Assembly: GCA_051439425.1 (NCBI GenBank)
Contig: JBFRWD010000036.1
Location: 1 to 10,503, forward strand
Direction of reading: 5' to 3'
Length of the DNA: 10,503 bases
Source of the DNA: Synechococcus sp.
GTDB taxonomy: Bacteria > Cyanobacteriota > Cyanobacteriia > Thermostichales > PCC-7336
The notes under the pieces were generated by a model, which made no database searches, was not told the DNA's origin, and was given only the letters and a program-made list of their open reading frames with translations. This document shows, in pieces, positions 7,632-10,503 of this stretch. The translations under genes and the position numbers were made by a program. How positions within the stretch are numbered: position 1 is the stretch's first letter; the number at the start of each line of letters is the position of its first letter.

Positions 7632-8164
7632 TTATAAATTGAAGAGGAGTGTTGTTACCGAACGGTTCCCTCTCTCCATATAGTCAGTTTATTTCCTGAA
7701 TGTCTGGCTTCGGTTTTCAATCAAGGCTTTTGGATATTTCAGGCACTTAAGAGTACTTTGCGGTGATTGGCATCAAATATTTCCAACGTCAGCATTTTAC
7801 ACACTTTCACGATTGTGAGAAACCTTTATAGACTCTTGGAATAGCAAGGCCTTCAGGATGGTAAGAGTCCTGGTTCCATCAATGGATTACGAGAGCTGGA
7901 TAGGGTTTCAGCGCGACCCAATCAATCCTCACTGCATCTGTATTACCTTTTTACTTGCTATAAATTTGTATCGTGTATGGGAAACGCCCGGAGTCATTGC
8001 GGCATCGACTGTGGGCAATCTCCGCTCAATGTTTGAACGTTAAGTTTTGGTCAACTCACCAATTGGTGTGTTTCGCCGGACCGACTTGTTCGGGCGTTAA
8101 ACGTTGCCTAGTTGAATACTGCTGCATTCGTGACAGATATGTCCCGTGAAGGAGGATTAACCGC

Positions 8165-8845
8165 GTGAAAATCTTACTTGTTGAAGATGATGACCGCATC
8201 GCTGGGGCATTAGCAGAAGACCTGTCAGATAGTCACTACGCAGTTGATATTGCCGAAGACGGCCAGGCGGCATGGGATTTGTCCGAGGCATACGACTACG
8301 ACTTAATTTTGTTGGATGTGATGTTGCCTCGAATCGATGGCATCACCCTCTGCAAGCGATTGCGAAAAACTGGTTGTAAAACTCCCATCTTGATGCTGAC
8401 AGCACGAGACACTGGGGAAGATATGGTGACAGGTCTGGATGCCGGTGCCGATGACTACGTTGTGAAGCCGTTCGACCTCGATACCTTGTCCGCCAGGATC
8501 CGCGCTCTGCTTCGTCGTGGTGAAATCTCACTTCCTCCCAATCTGGAATGGGGAGACCTGACGCTTAACCCCAATGCCCAAGAGTCTTACTATCAGACCC
8601 ATCTATTAGGGCTGACGCCGACTGAATTCCGGTTACTGGAATTGTTTATGCGCAACCCCAGACGAGTGTTCAGTCGTAGCGCGATTCTCGACAAGCTGTG
8701 GCCTTATGCCGATGCTCCGGAAGAGGAAACGGTTAAAATGCACATCTTGGGATTGCGCCGCAAGCTCAAGCAAGCAGGGGCCGATACTGACTTAATTGAA
8801 ACTGTCTACGGCGTAGGGTATCGCCTCAAGAATGATGAAGAATAG
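8165..8845 (+). CDS. OmpR/PhoB-family response regulator, 226 aa
   Basis: LLVEDD, phospho-acceptor Asp51 (LILLDVMLP), LTAR, GLDAGADDYVVKPF, winged-helix end IETVYGVGY. AAGGAGG (8149-8155) precedes the GTG start. Confidence 0.97.
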   Translation: MKILLVEDDDRIAGALAEDLSDSHYAVDIAEDGQAAWDLSEAYDYDLILLDVMLPRIDGITLCKRLRKTGCKTPILMLTARDTGEDMVTGLDAGADDYVVKPFDLDTLSARIRALLRRGEISLPPNLEWGDLTLNPNAQESYYQTHLLGLTPTEFRLLELFMRNPRRVFSRSAILDKLWPYADAPEEETVKMHILGLRRKLKQAGADTDLIETVYGVGYRLKNDEE

Positions 8846-10244
8846 ACTCTTTTTCAGTCTGCGATGGCAACTGTTGTTGTCCTATTTGCTGGTCATGGCT
8901 ACTACAGTCGTAGCGTTTCAGGCTGGAGTTTATATCCTGTTTAACCGCAGCTTGTATCGAGAGATCGATCGCAAATTGCTGACTCTGGCTCAGTCCGCCA
9001 GTCCGTCCTTAGCCTCTATTCTCGATGAGGGTGAAGAGTATCTGGATGAGGTTGAGGAGGTGCCGTGGCGGGATATCTTTAATCGCGATCGCCAGAGCTT
9101 GGAGTGGTTTAACGCTAGGGGGGAATTGCTTGCCAGAAAAGGAACGTTGATTATCTCGGAGCCCCATCGTCTGAGGACTCAGGAATTTGAGCTGGGCTCT
9201 CCCCCCATTCCCGTCAGGGCATACACAATTTCTGCATTTAGCGACGATCCTGAGACCGGAGAACGGTTGCTGGAGGGCTATATTCGTGCTAGCCAGTCTA
9301 TTGAAGTTCTCAATCAAGAACGCTTGCAAATCGTCCAAATTTTGGGAATTAGTGGGGCTGCAGCGTTGATACTGATCGGCGTTGGTGGTTTGTGGCTGAC
9401 TAGGCGTGCATTGAAACCGGTAGAAGAGAGCTTCAATTACCTCAAGCAATTTACGGCCGATGCCTCGCACGAACTGCGTAGCCCGTTGACTGCAATATCG
9501 CTGTCTGTGAATGTCCTCAAACGTCACCCAGAGAGGATTCATCCATCCGACACTCGAAAAATCGATGCGATCGCCAGTGCAACCCGCCAAATGACCCGTT
9601 TGACTGAAGATTTACTGCTGTTAACTCGCACAGATGCATCGAACCGGTTACCTAGCAGGAGGGAGGTTATTCTGCTAAAAACCATGCTAGTGGAGGTGAT
9701 TGACCGAGTAACACCGCAGGCTGACTTAAAATCCATAACGTTAATTGTTCCTCCAGCATTCAGAGATGTCGATCGGCAGGATGAATTGGCCAACTTGCCC
9801 AAATCGGACGAGTCTAGAAAACTCGGGCTTGCTCAGGTTCGCGGGGACAGGCTCCAACTGCAGCGATTATTTGCCAACCTAATCGAGAATGCTATTCAGT
9901 ACACACCATCAGACGGACAGGTTATTGTTTCTGCCACGATTGGGCCAAATGCAGCAACGGTTTCCATCAAAGATACCGGTATCGGTATCGATCCTGAATT
10001 GCTTCCATATATTTTCCAGCGCTTCTGGCGTGCAGACAGGGCTAGGAGTAGTCGAACGAAGGGCTCTGGGTTGGGGTTAGCGATTGCACAGGCGATTGCC
10101 CGTCAACACGGTGGAGATATTACCGTCTCAAGTGTGGTGAATATGGGAAGTACGTTTCAAGTTCGTTTGCCAATAATTCGCGGCGGGCGGGATGCCAAGA
10201 CTGTTATGCTATCGTCGGACAAACCAACTACCGTTCAGCCTTAA
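8832..10244 (+). CDS. Membrane sensor histidine kinase (HisKA + HATPase; RppB/NrsS-like architecture), 470 aa
   Basis: Two hydrophobic TM segments flanking a periplasmic domain. H-box FTADASHELRSPL, N-box NLIENAIQYT, DTGIGI, IFQRFWR, GSGLGLAIA. Overlaps the response regulator by 14 nt. Confidence 0.96.
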   Translation: MMKNRLFFSLRWQLLLSYLLVMATTVVAFQAGVYILFNRSLYREIDRKLLTLAQSASPSLASILDEGEEYLDEVEEVPWRDIFNRDRQSLEWFNARGELLARKGTLIISEPHRLRTQEFELGSPPIPVRAYTISAFSDDPETGERLLEGYIRASQSIEVLNQERLQIVQILGISGAAALILIGVGGLWLTRRALKPVEESFNYLKQFTADASHELRSPLTAISLSVNVLKRHPERIHPSDTRKIDAIASATRQMTRLTEDLLLLTRTDASNRLPSRREVILLKTMLVEVIDRVTPQADLKSITLIVPPAFRDVDRQDELANLPKSDESRKLGLAQVRGDRLQLQRLFANLIENAIQYTPSDGQVIVSATIGPNAATVSIKDTGIGIDPELLPYIFQRFWRADRARSSRTKGSGLGLAIAQAIARQHGGDITVSSVVNMGSTFQVRLPIIRGGRDAKTVMLSSDKPTTVQP

Positions 10245-10260
10245 GCACTTGCAGGGCATC

Positions 10261-10348
10261 GATATTGAGAACGATTTAAGAGGCTAGGACTGATAGTCAG
10301 TGTTTTCAGACGATGAGCGTTGTGCTCTTCGACAATTGATATTGAGAA
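10261..10348 (+). repeat. 11-bp direct repeat GATATTGAGAA, 77 bp apart
   Basis: Exact copies at 10261-10271 and 10338-10348. Confidence 0.7.
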
Positions 10349-10378
10349 AATCGCTGCCGTTAATCTATACACAGTCTC

Positions 10379-10501
10379 CTAAGTACAGGACAAAAACTCA
10401 AGAGCATGTAGAAAGAGTGATTTTTTATGCTGAAAGTCGAGGATGACCGAGCGTAGGCGATCGAGTCCATAGCGGAAGATACTGCGTGCCCTCCTGCCAT
10501 G
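10379..10501 (-). CDS. C-terminal 40 aa of an IS4-family transposase (5' part lies outside the window)
   Basis: Manual translation of the minus strand gives HGRRARSIFRYGLDRLRSVILDFQHKKSLFLHALEFLSCT*. This matches, from recall, the HGRxAxSIFRYG...FLSCT* tail of cyanobacterial IS4-family transposases. Confidence 0.85.
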   Translation of the reverse strand, partial: HGRRARSIFRYGLDRLRSVILDFQHKKSLFLHALEFLSCT

Positions 10502-10503
10502 AT
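10379..10503 (-). mobile_element. End of an IS4-family element; candidate terminal inverted repeat CTAAGTACAGGACAAAAA (10379-10396)
   Basis: The transposase stop codon coincides with the CT-starting candidate terminus. The partner inverted repeat is outside the window, so the end is not confirmed. Confidence 0.75.

Noticed and set aside
7858..8043. 61-aa ORF upstream of the response regulator
   Set aside because: No clear RBS or recognisable domain; it cannot be supported without conservation data.
9009..9590. 193-aa antisense ORF and other nested or antisense ORFs in the track
   Set aside because: Shadow frames of well-supported genes, with no motifs of their own.

Overview
Cyanobacterial chromosomal segment, judged from at least 11 HIP1 octamers (GCGATCGC) and cyanobacterial-type pds/crtB. 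The left edge holds a complete tnpA-only IS200/IS605-family element whose ends can be predicted from guide-base pairing rules. The right edge holds the 3' end of an IS4-family transposase that the ORF track missed. Between them, on the minus strand, are crtP(pds), crtB and a secreted FecR-domain/Pro-rich protein, with an RpaB HLR1-like site in the pds promoter. On the plus strand are an Hsp70-like gene and an OmpR/RppB(NrsS)-like two-component pair. The least explained part is 4430-5745: an orphan phage-type CI-like repressor (HTH plus intact S24 autoproteolysis residues) with no phage genes nearby. It shares overlapping back-to-back sigma70-type promoters and a central palindrome with a small, very basic unknown ORF. 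That ORF's coding region carries a 3' hairpin reminiscent of nonstop-mRNA-regulated ribosome rescue factors; this is a hypothesis only.
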